This document shows, piece after piece, positions 30,536 to 40,964 of a DNA stretch of 64,000 nt (position 1 is its first letter; each line of letters starts with the position of its first letter). Origin of the DNA: an uncultured delta proteobacterium (lineage in GTDB: Bacteria; Myxococcota_A; Polyangia; Haliangiales; Haliangiaceae); contig CAVUQH010000008.1 of NCBI GenBank assembly GCA_963743525.1, forward strand, positions 64,001 through 128,000, read 5' to 3'. The position numbers and the translations under genes were made by a program. The notes beneath the pieces are model-generated. The model saw only the letters and a program-made list of their open reading frames with translations, was not told the DNA's origin and made no database searches.

Positions 30536-31416
30536 ATGGCCCCACGCTCCGAACCCGCCTGGAAGGACTACTTCAACCGCGGGTCGATCCCGTTCTGGAG
30601 CATTCACGTGGCCGCCGTCGTCGGCGCGCTCTGGGTCGGCTTCTCGTGGGCCGGGCTGATCTGGGCGCTGGCGCTGTACGTGACGCGGATGTTCTTCGTC
30701 ACCGCCGGCTACCATCGCTACTTCGCCCACCGCAGCTTCAAGACCTCGCGGCCGGTACAGTTCGCGCTGGCGTTCTTCGCCCAGACGTCGCTGCAGCGGG
30801 GCGTGCTCTGGTGGGCGGCCAATCACCGGCACCACCACCGCTACTCCGACCAACCGGGCGACATCCACTCCGCGCGCCGCGACGGCTTCTGGTGGTCGCA
30901 CGTCGGCTGGATGCTGTCGCCGCGCACGACGCGGTCGACTACGATCAGGTGCGCGATCTGGCCCGCTACCCGGAGCTGCGGGTGCTGAGCCGGCTCAAGC
31001 ACCTGCCCGGCCTCATCCTCGCGGCCGCGCTGCTGTGGATCGGCGGGCCGACGGCGCTGGTGTGGGGCTTCCTCGTCTCCACGGTGCTGCTGTGGCACGG
31101 CACCTTCACCATCAACTCGCTCAGCCACCTGCTCGGCCGCCGTCGCTATGACACCAGCGACGACTCGCGCAACAACCCGGTGCTCGCGCTGATCACGCTG
31201 GGCGAGGGCTGGCACAACAACCACCACCACTACCAGCGCTCGGCCGCGCAGGGCTTCTTCTGGTGGGAGGTCGACCTGACCTTCTACGGCCTGCAGGCGC
31301 TGGAGAAGTTGGGGCTGGTGCGCGGCCTGGTGCGCCCGCCCGCCCATGTGCTGCGCGGCGAGACCCGCGCCGGCGTGCGCGCGCCGATCGGCAGGCTGGT
31401 CGAGCCCAGGCTATAG
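30536..31416 (+). CDS. Acyl-CoA/acyl-lipid delta-9-type fatty acid desaturase (frameshift near 30925)
   Basis: His boxes HRYFAH, HRHHH, EGWHNNHH. Confidence 0.9.
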
Positions 31417-32784
31417 CTGCGGCTCGACGGCGACGATCTTGCGCTTGCCGGCGGCAGTCAGCGGGATGTCGTTGACGATCTCGATGGCGACGTTGGTATC
31501 GGGGATGAATCGCCCGAACTCGTGGCGAAGCTGTGACAGCGAGCCTTCGCTGATCGTCGTCTTCGGCAGCAGCTTGACCGTGATCGACGAGTCGGCGTGC
31601 TGGACCGCCTGGAACTGCGCGACGTCGTCGAGCAGCGCGACGATCAAGTTGAAGATCATGCCGTCGATAGGGTTGCCGTGGCTGTCGCGCAACGTCTCGG
31701 TCACCCGGCCCTCGACCGAGGCCAGTCGCGGATGCGCGCGCCCGCACGCGCACGCCGCCGGTGCCTGGGCCACGGCGACGTCGCCGGTGGCGTAGCGGAC
31801 GAATGGCATGCCGTAGTTGTGCAGGTCGGTGATGACCACCTCGCCGCGCTCGCCCGGCTCGGCGGGGCGCTCGCGATCGCCGTCGCGAACCACCAGCTCG
31901 ACCAGTAGATTCTCCATCGACAGATGCAGCCCGTCGTGAGCCTTGCACTCGGTGCCGATCAGCATCACCTCGCGGCAGCCGTAGGTCTCGAACACGTCCG
32001 GTCCGAACGCTTGCTCCATCTCGGCGCGATCGGCGGGGAACAGCCGCTCGGCGCCGCAAATTACCGTCATGTCGTCCCACGTGCGCGTGCCTGTGCGGTT
32101 GACGTATCGAGCCAGGTCGGCGCACGCCTGCGCGTAGGCGATGATCGCGCTCGGCCGTTCCTCGGCGATGAAACGCACCAGCGCGCCCAGCTCCTCGGGA
32201 CCGCGCGGCGAGCAGTTGAAGTAGTGCTGGCGCTTGGCCGCCCGCCCCAGCTCGCGCTTGATGCGCGGCAGCAAGCGGTTGTCCGGCCGCACCGACACGC
32301 CCCAGAAATGCAGCGTCTTGTCGCCCGTCCGGTGCCCGGCCCAGCCGTACCCGCGCAGCTTGATCGCCTCGCGCCAGTAGTCCGATTCGACGTCGTAGCG
32401 GACCATCAGTGGCTCGCCGGTGGTGCCACCGGTCCGCTTGCAGATGGACGGCAGCGGCGGCGCCGTCGATCGCCGCTCGTCTCCGATCTGTCGCTCCAGC
32501 GGCCGCGTCAGGATCGGCAGCTTGCGGATGTCGTCGACGTGGCGCAGTGACTCCGGCGACATCCCCGCCTCGTCCATCACTCGCCGGTAGTACGGGACGT
32601 TGGCGTGCGCATGCGCCAGCAGCCGGCGCAGCTCGCCCAGCTGGAACGCCTGTAGCTCGTCCAGCGACCGCCACTGGTTGCGCTCGAGCTCGCGCAGGAT
32701 CTTCAGCGTGCCCCGCCGCTGCACCCCCGTCTCCCACGCGGGAAACAGGACACGAGCGACGAACTCTCCGTACAGATCGGCCAT
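31411..32784 (-). CDS. Phenylacetate-CoA ligase / CapK-like adenylate-forming enzyme
   Basis: TGGTTGEP, YGCRE, TDLHNYGMPFVRYATGD, VEGR. Confidence 0.88.
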   Translation of the reverse strand: MADLYGEFVARVLFPAWETGVQRRGTLKILRELERNQWRSLDELQAFQLGELRRLLAHAHANVPYYRRVMDEAGMSPESLRHVDDIRKLPILTRPLERQIGDERRSTAPPLPSICKRTGGTTGEPLMVRYDVESDYWREAIKLRGYGWAGHRTGDKTLHFWGVSVRPDNRLLPRIKRELGRAAKRQHYFNCSPRGPEELGALVRFIAEERPSAIIAYAQACADLARYVNRTGTRTWDDMTVICGAERLFPADRAEMEQAFGPDVFETYGCREVMLIGTECKAHDGLHLSMENLLVELVVRDGDRERPAEPGERGEVVITDLHNYGMPFVRYATGDVAVAQAPAACACGRAHPRLASVEGRVTETLRDSHGNPIDGMIFNLIVALLDDVAQFQAVQHADSSITVKLLPKTTISEGSLSQLRHEFGRFIPDTNVAIEIVNDIPLTAAGKRKIVAVEPQL

Positions 32785-32934
32785 CGGGCGACGAATCGAA
32801 ATCCTACCTGCCCCGGCGATTCGGTGGAAGGGCGCCGTGGCCGTGGCCGCCCCGGAGCGGACGGTTTCCCGCGGGCGACAGGCTTGCGATGGTGACGGGG
32901 CCACGCCTTACCTGGATCGGGTGGAACGCGCCCG

Positions 32935-34329
32935 TCAGTGGGCGCTCTCTGCACGTCGCGGCGGAGCTCGGAACGCGTTGACGTCGATCCCGAATCGGTC
33001 GCACCAGCGGCGAATCTGGATCGGAGCCTTGCCCAGATGACGACCGGTGGCGGCGACGTTGCCGGCCGTCTCGGTGAGCACGCGCACCAGCTCCGCCCGT
33101 AGCTCGGCGTCGTTGCTGACGTGCTGGTCGAGCAGTCGCTTTGGCAGGTGCTCGGCGCAGATCACGTGGTCCGGGGCGAGGGCGAGGGCGCGTCGAAGGA
33201 TGTGGTCGAGCTCGCGCATGTTGCGGGGAAACGGGTGGCGGAAGAGGGCCAGCGCCACGTCGGGGGTGATGCGCACCTGGTCGGCGCGGGCACCGAGGGT
33301 GTGCTCGAGGATGCTGGCGACGAACAGGCCGAGGTCGTGGCGGCGATCGCGCAGCGGCGGCAGCCGGATCACGTGGCCGGCGAGCCGGGCGTACAGGTCT
33401 TCGCGAAAGGCGCCGGACGAGACGGCTCGCTCCAGGTTGGAGTGGGTCGCGGCGACGATGCGCAGGTCGACGCGGGTCGTGCGCGTTGCGCCGACGGGTC
33501 GCAGCTCGCCGTCTTGTAGCAGGCGGAGGAGGGCGGCCTGGGCGCCTGCGGTCAGCTCGACGATCTCGTCGAGGAACAGGGTGCCGCCGTTGGCTTCCTG
33601 CGCGAGGCCGATGCGGTCCTCGATGGCGCCGGAGAAGGCGCCTCGCCGGGTGCCGAACAGCTCGCTCTCGACCAGCGACTCCGGCAGGGCTCCGCAGTTG
33701 ACCGGCACGAACGGACCCTGGCGTTGCGAGCGGGCGTGGACGGCGCGCGCGGTCAGCTCCTTGCCGGTACCGGTTGCGCCTTCGATGACCACCGGAATGT
33801 CGGTGCGGGCGACGTGGTCGAGCAGTTGCAAGTCGGCGTGCAGGCCGGCGTCGAGGGTGGAGAACGCTCCTGCGTGTTCGTCGGTGTATCGCGGCGACTG
33901 CGCGGTCGGGCCCGAGACGTTCGCGCGGTGGAACAGGAAGAACGTGCCGCCGAGCTGGATTACCGACCCGTTGTCGAGCATCGCGCTCGAGACGCGCTGT
34001 CCGTCAACATGGGAGCCGTTCTTCGAGCCGTTGTCGCGGAGAACCCAGACGGCGTTTTCGCGGACGAGCCGCGCGTGATCTCGGGAGATTCTCCGGTCGG
34101 GCAGGCGCAGCGCGGCCTGGCCGAGGCTTCGCGGCATGACGGTCGCGCAGGCGCTGCCCGATCTGCCGAGCGCGACCTCGGTGAGCCCGCGAAGTGGCAG
34201 CGAGACGCCCGGGGCAAAGGGGGGCTCGCAGCCGAGGACCGCCGTGAGGTGCTCGACCTGGTGGGCCGAGGCGCTCCCGGCGTCCTGGAAGATGAAGGGA
34301 CGTTCGAGGGTGGTTTCGTCGCTGGCCAT
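32935..34329 (-). CDS. FHA-domain sigma-54 enhancer-binding protein
   Basis: ISRDHA, GSKNGS (FHA); GATGTGKEL, ESELFG..GAFSGA, LFLDEI; C-terminal HTH. Confidence 0.93.
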   Translation of the reverse strand: MASDETTLERPFIFQDAGSASAHQVEHLTAVLGCEPPFAPGVSLPLRGLTEVALGRSGSACATVMPRSLGQAALRLPDRRISRDHARLVRENAVWVLRDNGSKNGSHVDGQRVSSAMLDNGSVIQLGGTFFLFHRANVSGPTAQSPRYTDEHAGAFSTLDAGLHADLQLLDHVARTDIPVVIEGATGTGKELTARAVHARSQRQGPFVPVNCGALPESLVESELFGTRRGAFSGAIEDRIGLAQEANGGTLFLDEIVELTAGAQAALLRLLQDGELRPVGATRTTRVDLRIVAATHSNLERAVSSGAFREDLYARLAGHVIRLPPLRDRRHDLGLFVASILEHTLGARADQVRITPDVALALFRHPFPRNMRELDHILRRALALAPDHVICAEHLPKRLLDQHVSNDAELRAELVRVLTETAGNVAATGRHLGKAPIQIRRWCDRFGIDVNAFRAPPRRAESAH

Positions 34330-34420
34330 GGGTCTGGTTCTGTCCGGAGACAGCCTCCACCCACACCATCGGACCGAGGTCGCGCGCGGTTGCGTGCGCG
34401 CGGGCGGCGGCCGGGAGTAC

Positions 34421-34477
34421 TTTCGGCCAACGACCTGGAATCGTTGGTGAAATTACTTAGAAACTTAAGAGCGTCCC
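34421..34477 (-). repeat. 57-bp AT-rich dispersed repeat, copy 1
   Basis: Gapless 41/57 match to 50932-50988, core TCTTAAGTTTCTAAG identical. Confidence 0.75.
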
Positions 34478-35026
34478 CACGGCGGGGCGGTCGTTGTCGT
34501 CGATGCCGGAGGCGCGGACGCAGCGGAGGCGGTTTTGGCCGTCGACGAAGATGTGGATCGGCAGGCTGGCGCCTTTGACGCCGAGGGATTGGATCCAGGC
34601 GGGGACGGCGTCGGGGTCGGCGAGGCGGGGGCCGTCGGGCATGTCCGGGTGCTTGGCGTGGAAGGCGGCGACCGCCTCGTCGGAGTCGTCGGCCGACAGG
34701 AAGACGAGGTCGACGTCGAGCTGTTTGCGCCACGACAGCAGGCGCGGGATCTCTTCGACGCACGGGTGGCACCAGGTGGCCCAGAGGTTGATCCAGCGCC
34801 ACTTGCCGCTGGCGGCGGGCGGGGGCGTGACGGTCTTCGGCCAGGTGAAGGTGGGCGCGTCGGCGGCCTCGTAGTAGCGGTCGCACATGGCGGCGACGTC
34901 GGCCTTCTGCGTCGGCTTGGCCTTGACCGAGTCGGCGCGCGAGCGAACGTCGCCGCCGGCGCGGTCGCCCGACTTGCACGCGCAGGCCAGGGCGGCGGCG
35001 GCGATCAGAGTTGGCAGTCGATCCAT
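34457..35026 (-). CDS. TlpA-like thioredoxin lipoprotein
   Basis: Signal LACAC, INLWATWCHPCVEEIP, SLP. Confidence 0.88.
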   Translation of the reverse strand: MDRLPTLIAAAALACACKSGDRAGGDVRSRADSVKAKPTQKADVAAMCDRYYEAADAPTFTWPKTVTPPPAASGKWRWINLWATWCHPCVEEIPRLLSWRKQLDVDLVFLSADDSDEAVAAFHAKHPDMPDGPRLADPDAVPAWIQSLGVKGASLPIHIFVDGQNRLRCVRASGIDDNDRPAVGTLLSF

Positions 35027-35715
35027 GCGACGAAGGCGCTCCGGTTGATGTCCTCGGGTTTGCACTGATCGGCGGGACCGCTGCGCGACCAGCTGCAGAA
35101 GTCGGTGTCCAGCTGGGCGAACTCTTCGCCCAGCCACAGCAGGCCGACCTCGTCCTCGAGCTCGACGTTGGGGAAGGCCTCGTGCAGGTGGTCCATCAGC
35201 GCCTGGGCGCGGGCCTGCGACAGCTTGCGGTTGGTCTCGACCGAACCTTCGGGCGAAGCGCGGGCGACGATGAAGAAGTAGCTGGCGCCGCCCTGGTCGC
35301 CGAAGAAATGGTCGATCAGCTGCTTGTCGTTGGGGTCCAGCGTCGATTCGCCCTGGGCGAACTGAACGATGCCGCCGCGATCCTTCATCGGCAGGAACAG
35401 GGCGTTGAAGTCGTCGCCGCTCATGGTCGCCACCGACTTGGCGTCGACCGGCTGGCAGCCGCGCGCGGTGGTGCCGCCGCCGCTCTGGCCGATGAGCCCG
35501 CAGCTCTTGAGCACGCGGCGGAGGATGCGCTTGAGCTCGGGCGTGCAGTACTGCTCGTTGGCGTTGGCGGCGACGGCCACGGCGCTGGCCGGGTCGGCCT
35601 CGGCCTGCTGCTCGACGGCGAGGCGGTGATCGGCCGAGTGGATCCAGGACACTGCGGCGAAGGTGGGAAACAGCAGGCCGATGGCGACGGCGGCGACTCG
35701 GATGGCGGCGATCAT
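35005..35715 (-). CDS. OmpA-like C-terminal domain protein
   Basis: QFAQGESTL, ARASPEGSVETNRKLSQARA, LGEE, NRSA. Confidence 0.75.
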   Translation of the reverse strand: MIAAIRVAAVAIGLLFPTFAAVSWIHSADHRLAVEQQAEADPASAVAVAANANEQYCTPELKRILRRVLKSCGLIGQSGGGTTARGCQPVDAKSVATMSGDDFNALFLPMKDRGGIVQFAQGESTLDPNDKQLIDHFFGDQGGASYFFIVARASPEGSVETNRKLSQARAQALMDHLHEAFPNVELEDEVGLLWLGEEFAQLDTDFCSWSRSGPADQCKPEDINRSAFVAWIDCQL

Positions 35716-37479
35716 GGCTGACCTCCCGGAGGTTGTGCGGGCTGGGCTTCGGCGGGCGCCGGCGGCGGTGATGGCGGCGTCGCGCTGGTGTCGTCGTCGT
35801 CATCGTCGTCGCCTTCGGGAGGCGGTTTGTCGCCCGGTGCGGGTGGCGGCGCCGGCGTCGGTGGCTCGGCGGCCGGCGGCGGCTCCTTGGGCGGCGGCGG
35901 CTCCTTGGGCGGCGGCGGCTGTTCACCACCAGTCGTCGGCGGCCTGGGCTCGGTTCCGGGCGCGGCCTCCGCGCCGTTTCCTTTGGTCAGCGGCTCGGCC
36001 GGCGGCGGGCCCGCCTGCGGCGTCGGTGCAGGAGGAGCGCCCGCGGCGGGTGTGGCGGCGTGGTGCTCGGCCGGCGGCGCCGGTTCCTCGGCGGGCGGCG
36101 TCGGCGCAGCCGGCGCTTCGCCGGTCAGCGTGCCCGCGCGGGCGCGGTCGATCATGTGCGACAGCGCGAAGTCGAGGCCGATGTTGACATCCTCCTCGCA
36201 CAGCTTGACGCCGTTGACGTACAGCTGCGGCGTGGTCACCGGCAGCTGATTGTCGACCGCCCAGTGCAGCCCGCGGTTGAGCCGCACCCGGGTCTTGGGT
36301 GAGCTGATGCAGCTGGCCAGATCGGGGAACGCGGCGGTGACCATGCGCTCGGCGGCTGCCGGGTCCTTGGCCGACTCGGTGCGCACGGTGTCCTGGTGGG
36401 CGAACGCCCAGTCGATCACCTCGCCCGCGCGATCGCCGGCGCACAGCACCGCGTAGCTGACGGTGCACGCGCCGGGGTGCAGGGTGGTATCGACCATCCA
36501 GTTGCAGCTGTGGTCGAGCGGGAACAGCACCGCCTTGCGATCCATCTGGCCCTCCAGACCGCTGGCGTCGAGCCGGTCCTCGAAGCCGCGACATGCCGGG
36601 CACAGCGGGTCGAGGACCTCGACCGTGGCCGGGGCGCCGGGGTGCGGATCGAGCGGAACCATGATGTCGGACGGATCATTCGCGACCTTCAGCGCGCCAC
36701 AGGTGCCGATGAATCGCTCGTGGTCGGGGGCGGCGATGACGTAGGTGGTCAGCGGCACGACGACGAACAGCACGCCGACGCCGAACGCCGCCGCCAGGTA
36801 GCCCCAGCTGACCGGCGGGCGACGCGCCGGAGTGGGGCGAGGCGCGGGCTGCCGGCTCCGGCTCCGGCTCCTCGGGGCCGTCGCTGGCACCGACCCAGGC
36901 CGGCTCGCCGTGTTCGACCGGCGCGGCCGGCTTGGCCTTGGTCTTGGCCGCAGGTTCGTGCGCGCTGTCCGCGCCGTCGCTCTTGCGCGCGCGGAAGAAC
37001 AACAGCAGCGCGCCGGTCAAACAGATCGCACTGGAGATGTAGATGCCGATGCACAGCTTGCACACCGCGTCGAGACGGATCAGCGACAGGTAGGCCATGA
37101 CCATCGACGTCAGCGCGGGCAGGCCGGTCGCCAGGGCGAGGAAGCCGGTCGCGCGGACGTCGCGCTCGCGCCGGGTGATCACCAGCTCGGCGGCGAACGC
37201 CAGCAGGAACGCGAACACCGCCATCGCCGGCAGCGAGATGGGAACGCCGCCCCAGATCGAGGTGCGGAATACCGACGAGTACGCGCTGACCAGCGTCACC
37301 TGGCAGCCCGACTCTCCGCCGTGGGTTCCCGTCAGTCCGGGAATGAAGGAGCAGTGGACGTCGTGCACCTGCCTGTCGAGGTGCATGACGAAGTCGTAGG
37401 TGGAGAAGCTGGCGAAGAGCAGTCCGAGCAGCGCCCCCACACCCACCACCACCGTGAACCAGTTCGGACGGTAGCGCAT
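35712..37479 (-). CDS. VKOR-DsbA fusion (frameshift near 36848)
   Basis: VKOR: loop Cys pair, SAYS, GVPIS, CKLC; DsbA-like: DPLCPAC, VTTP; Pro-rich tail. Confidence 0.85.
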
Positions 37480-37715
37480 CGCACGATCCTTTCACGCCAT
37501 CGTGTGCGCGCTCAACCGCTGGCGTGCGCACGATGCTCGTTGGCCACGCAGCTTACGCTTCGTACGGGTCGCTTACCGTAGGTTCTCCTGCGACGCCCAG
37601 CATCGTCCGCCAACGATTCAAGCCAGTTGCAGAAAAACAGCAACCGCGAGGGGGGCTCGTTCCGATGAATGTGCGTGCTCCCGAAGGGGGAGCCGCGAAC
37701 AAGGAGAACCGGACG

Positions 37716-38663
37716 ATGCACTCGATCAAGATCATGGGCGGCGCCCTCGTCGCCGCGCTCACGACGACCCTCGCGGTCGTCACCCCGGCTCACGCCGACG
37801 ATCCCAAGGATCTCGACAGCGCGCTGTTCGAGGTCCGCAGATGGGCGGGCTCGGCGAACCATTTCGACTTCGACGAATGGCTGAACAGCGCGCACAAGAT
37901 CTTGCCCGACAATGGGCGCAAATGTCTGGACGCTGTGGCTGCGGCCAAGAAGCTGGGTGCCAAGGCAGATCAACCCGTTCAATTCGACGACAAGTTCCCC
38001 GGCGCGACCAAGAAGGGCGACTCCTACCTCGCACCGCTGTCAGCGGTCAACGAGCGCTGCGCCGAGCTCAACGATCAGTTCAACTCGCTCTTCGCCGCCG
38101 AGGCGGTGAACAAGGTGCAGGTGTCGCTGGACAAGATCGCCGGAGGCTACCAGCCAACCGAGACCAGCGTGCTGCTGTGGCGCTACGACATCAAGAACTG
38201 CAACGAGAAGGTGGCTGCGGCTCTCGCCGCCGGCGTGCCCGCGGCGATCAAGCTGGCCTACACCGGGCAGACCCTCGGCACGGCCAAGGTCAACGTGTGC
38301 GATGCCCTGACCCGGGCGCAGCAAGCGGCCAAGGGCAAGCAGGAGGCCGCGGCCAAGGCGGCGCGCGACGGCCAGCTGGCGCCGTACAAGAAGCTGATGG
38401 GCGGCGACAAGCTGAAGCTCATCGACCAGTACGACATGTTCTCCGACGACTTCGAGCTGTACGGCCGAGGCGGCTACGTCATCCACACCCCGGCCGAGCT
38501 GAAGAAGGCCAAGCTGTGGTTCATGCAGCTGGAGAACGACACCGACAGCCACGGTCACCCGCGCTGGCACCTGCGCCGCTATCAGTTCCGCGGCGACAAG
38601 CTGGTCAAGGAGAAGGAGCTCCACGGCCGCGGCGAGGAGGCGCCGGATCGGGCGTACCGCTAG
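37716..38663 (+). CDS. Secreted hypothetical protein
   Basis: AGGAG RBS, signal peptide ending AHA-D. Confidence 0.75.
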   Translation: MHSIKIMGGALVAALTTTLAVVTPAHADDPKDLDSALFEVRRWAGSANHFDFDEWLNSAHKILPDNGRKCLDAVAAAKKLGAKADQPVQFDDKFPGATKKGDSYLAPLSAVNERCAELNDQFNSLFAAEAVNKVQVSLDKIAGGYQPTETSVLLWRYDIKNCNEKVAAALAAGVPAAIKLAYTGQTLGTAKVNVCDALTRAQQAAKGKQEAAAKAARDGQLAPYKKLMGGDKLKLIDQYDMFSDDFELYGRGGYVIHTPAELKKAKLWFMQLENDTDSHGHPRWHLRRYQFRGDKLVKEKELHGRGEEAPDRAYR

Positions 38664-39252
38664 CCTCTTTGATGCCCTGGAGGATCTGGTCGACGCTGGG
38701 GCGGTCGGACTTGCTGGTGCCCAGGTACCGGTAGATGACCCGGCCGTCCGGCGCGACCACGAACGTCGCCGCCAGCGCGATCTCGGTGCTGGGATCGAAC
38801 ACGTTCCAGGCTCGCGCGGCGTCGCCGTGTTGATCGCTGTACAGCGGGAAGGTCAGTCCCAGCCGCTTGCGCAGCGCCACCGACTTGGCCGGCGGGTCAA
38901 CGCTGATGGCGACGATCTGCAGGTTGGCGGCGCGCAGATCAGCGAGACGGTGTTGCAGCTGGACCAGCTGCTTGCGGCAGTCGGGTCACCACGAGCCGCG
39001 ATAGAAGATCACCAGCGCGCGGTGGTTGGCCCAGGCGCTGGCCAGCTCGAACGGATGGCCGGCCTGGTCGACCACCTGGGCGTCGGCCGCCGGTCCCAAC
39101 CCGTTGACGCTGGTCTCGCGGTGCTGGGGATACGCCTTCCACCCGTACGGGTGTTGCTTGGCCTTGGCCGGGGACGCGGGGGCTGGAGCATCGGCGCCGC
39201 AGCCGGCCAGCGCCAGGCCGGCCAGGGCGACGAACGGGAGGAGTCGGTTCAC
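38605..39252 (-). CDS. Peroxiredoxin-like (AhpC/TSA) lipoprotein selenoprotein, UxxC motif
   Basis: Reads LVIFYRGSW-TGA-PDCRKQL...VAISVD...FPLYSD...ATFVV in one frame across TGA 38988-38986; SECIS-like hairpin follows; lipobox LAGC; C-terminal end overlaps convergent gene and is less certain. Confidence 0.85.
38955..38971 (-). promoter_or_regulatory. Bacterial SECIS-like hairpin
   Basis: GCAGCUG-GUC-CAGCUGC, stem starts 14 nt after UGA, loop begins with GU. Confidence 0.75.
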
Positions 39253-39291
39253 GGTACTACTACGCCGCGGGAGGCTGGTTGGTTACGCCGG

Positions 39292-39856
39292 CTACTTGGC
39301 GGCCATGGTCTTGCAGGCCTCGAGCATCGCCGTGATGTCGGCGCCGTTGCCGGTGCACATGATCGCCTGGCCCTTGGTCTTGGTCTTGATGATGTACTGG
39401 AAGTTGCGCAGCGTGCGGCCGACGGCCGTCTGCTCGCAGACGTAGTAGAAGCGCCCGTCGTCCAGGGTCTTCTTCTCCAGCACCTTGGCCGGGCAGGCCT
39501 TGGCCGCCGCGCCCACTGACGACGGCGCCTTGCCCATGTTGATGTCCATGCGCGAGGGGATGTCGGTGTGCTGGCCGACCACCGGGACCTTGAAGTGGTA
39601 GGAGGTCTTGCTGATCTCCTTCATCTTCCACGTACCCGGCACGTTGATGGTGTAGCCGAGGCCGGGGAGCTCGGTCTCGACCGGCTCGTCAGTCGGCAGC
39701 TTCGGCGGTGGCGGTGGCGGCTCGGCCGGCTTGGTCTCGACCGGCGGCGTCGCCGGCTTCTTCTCCTGCTCCGGCTTCGCGTTCGTCAACTCGTCGCTGC
39801 TGCAAGCGGCGAGAAGGAGTCGCGGCCGCTGCGAATGCCATGCCCAGGTTGCGCAT
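39292..39856 (-). CDS. Hypothetical lipoprotein (frameshift near 39820)
   Basis: MRNLGMAFAAAA joins LLLAACSSDE if one base is removed. Confidence 0.7.
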
Positions 39857-40052
39857 GGGCCGCATCTTGACATAGTCGCGCGCCGAGAGTGGGCCAAACG
39901 ATGAGGCATTGAAAATGCGTCGTCGTGGAAACGCGACAATGGTTGAGAACAAACGCATACGGCGGGAAAGGAGCCGATTTTCGTCCGCGCTCACCGATGA
40001 GGGGCGGCGAAAATTGGCTCCCGTTTCGGGCGTTTGTGTCTAGGCTCCTGTC

Positions 40053-40844
40053 ATGATCCAACGGACGCTGCTGATCGCGCTGCTTTTCGGCTGCTCGTCG
40101 GCGTCGGGGGCGCCCGCGCCGGGGAAGGCCGCGCCCGGACCGGCACCCGAGACCATCACCTTCCCGTCCGAGGACGGTCTGCCCATCACCGCCGACCTGT
40201 ATGTCGCCCACGGCGGCACGGCGCCGTTCGTGGTGCTGTTCCACCAGGCCGGCTGGAGCCGCGGCGAGTATCGGTCGATCGCGCCGCGGCTGAACCAGCT
40301 CGGCTACGACGCCATGGCGGTGGATCTGCGCTCGGGTGGCGAGACCGAGGGCGTGGTCAACGAGACCCACGCTCGGGCGGTGAAGAAGGGCATCGGCACC
40401 AGCTACCTCGACGCCGAACAGGATCTGCGCGCCGCGCTCCGCTACGCCCGCGAGCACTATCCCAGGCGGACGATCATCGCCTGGGGCAGCTCGTATTCGG
40501 CCGGGCTGGTGCTGCACGTCGCCGGCGAGCACCCGGAGCTGGCCGACGTGGTGCTGGCCTTCTCGCCCGGCGAGTATTACGCCAAGCTGGGCAAACCGAA
40601 GGATTGGGTCGCCACCGCGGCGACACACATTCGCGCGCCGGTGTTCATCACCTCGGCGCGGCGCGAGAAGTCGAGCTGGTGGTCGATCTATCAGGCGATC
40701 CCCGGCAAGGACAAGCAGTCGTTCTCGCCGACGACGAAGGGCAATCACGGCTCGCGCGCGCTGTGGCCGCGCTTCTCCGACAGCAAGGCGTACTGGAAGG
40801 CGGTCGAGGCGTTCCTCGCCGCGCGCGCACCGGCTCGGCCCTGA
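40053..40844 (+). CDS. Alpha/beta hydrolase lipoprotein
   Basis: LFGC lipobox, LFHQAG, VDLRSGG, GSSYSA, HGS. Confidence 0.85.
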   Translation: MIQRTLLIALLFGCSSASGAPAPGKAAPGPAPETITFPSEDGLPITADLYVAHGGTAPFVVLFHQAGWSRGEYRSIAPRLNQLGYDAMAVDLRSGGETEGVVNETHARAVKKGIGTSYLDAEQDLRAALRYAREHYPRRTIIAWGSSYSAGLVLHVAGEHPELADVVLAFSPGEYYAKLGKPKDWVATAATHIRAPVFITSARREKSSWWSIYQAIPGKDKQSFSPTTKGNHGSRALWPRFSDSKAYWKAVEAFLAARAPARP

Positions 40845-40936
40845 CGGCCGCGACCAGCCGTCGCGGCGCGTTGGATTCGGCAACGCAACTCGACTTGCCA
40901 CCGCGCTGGAGCGGCGGAAATCACTGGGCTGCTCCT

Positions 40937-40952
40937 GGGCACGGCACTTGCT
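40937..40952 (+). promoter_or_regulatory. Sigma-54 promoter
   Basis: GGGCACGGCACTTGCT, GG-N10-GC, 12 nt before ATG 40965. Confidence 0.6.
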
Positions 40953-40964
40953 CGAGCGTGGGCC

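Noticed and set aside
34421..34477. AT-rich repeat as a dif or integron attC site
   Set aside because: No match to the XerC/XerD consensus or to attC RYYYAAC/GTTRRRY ends, and no recombinase is nearby.
38986..38988. TGA as a true stop or pseudogene lesion
   Set aside because: It falls on the redox Cys position, the downstream frame is intact, and a SECIS-like hairpin follows.
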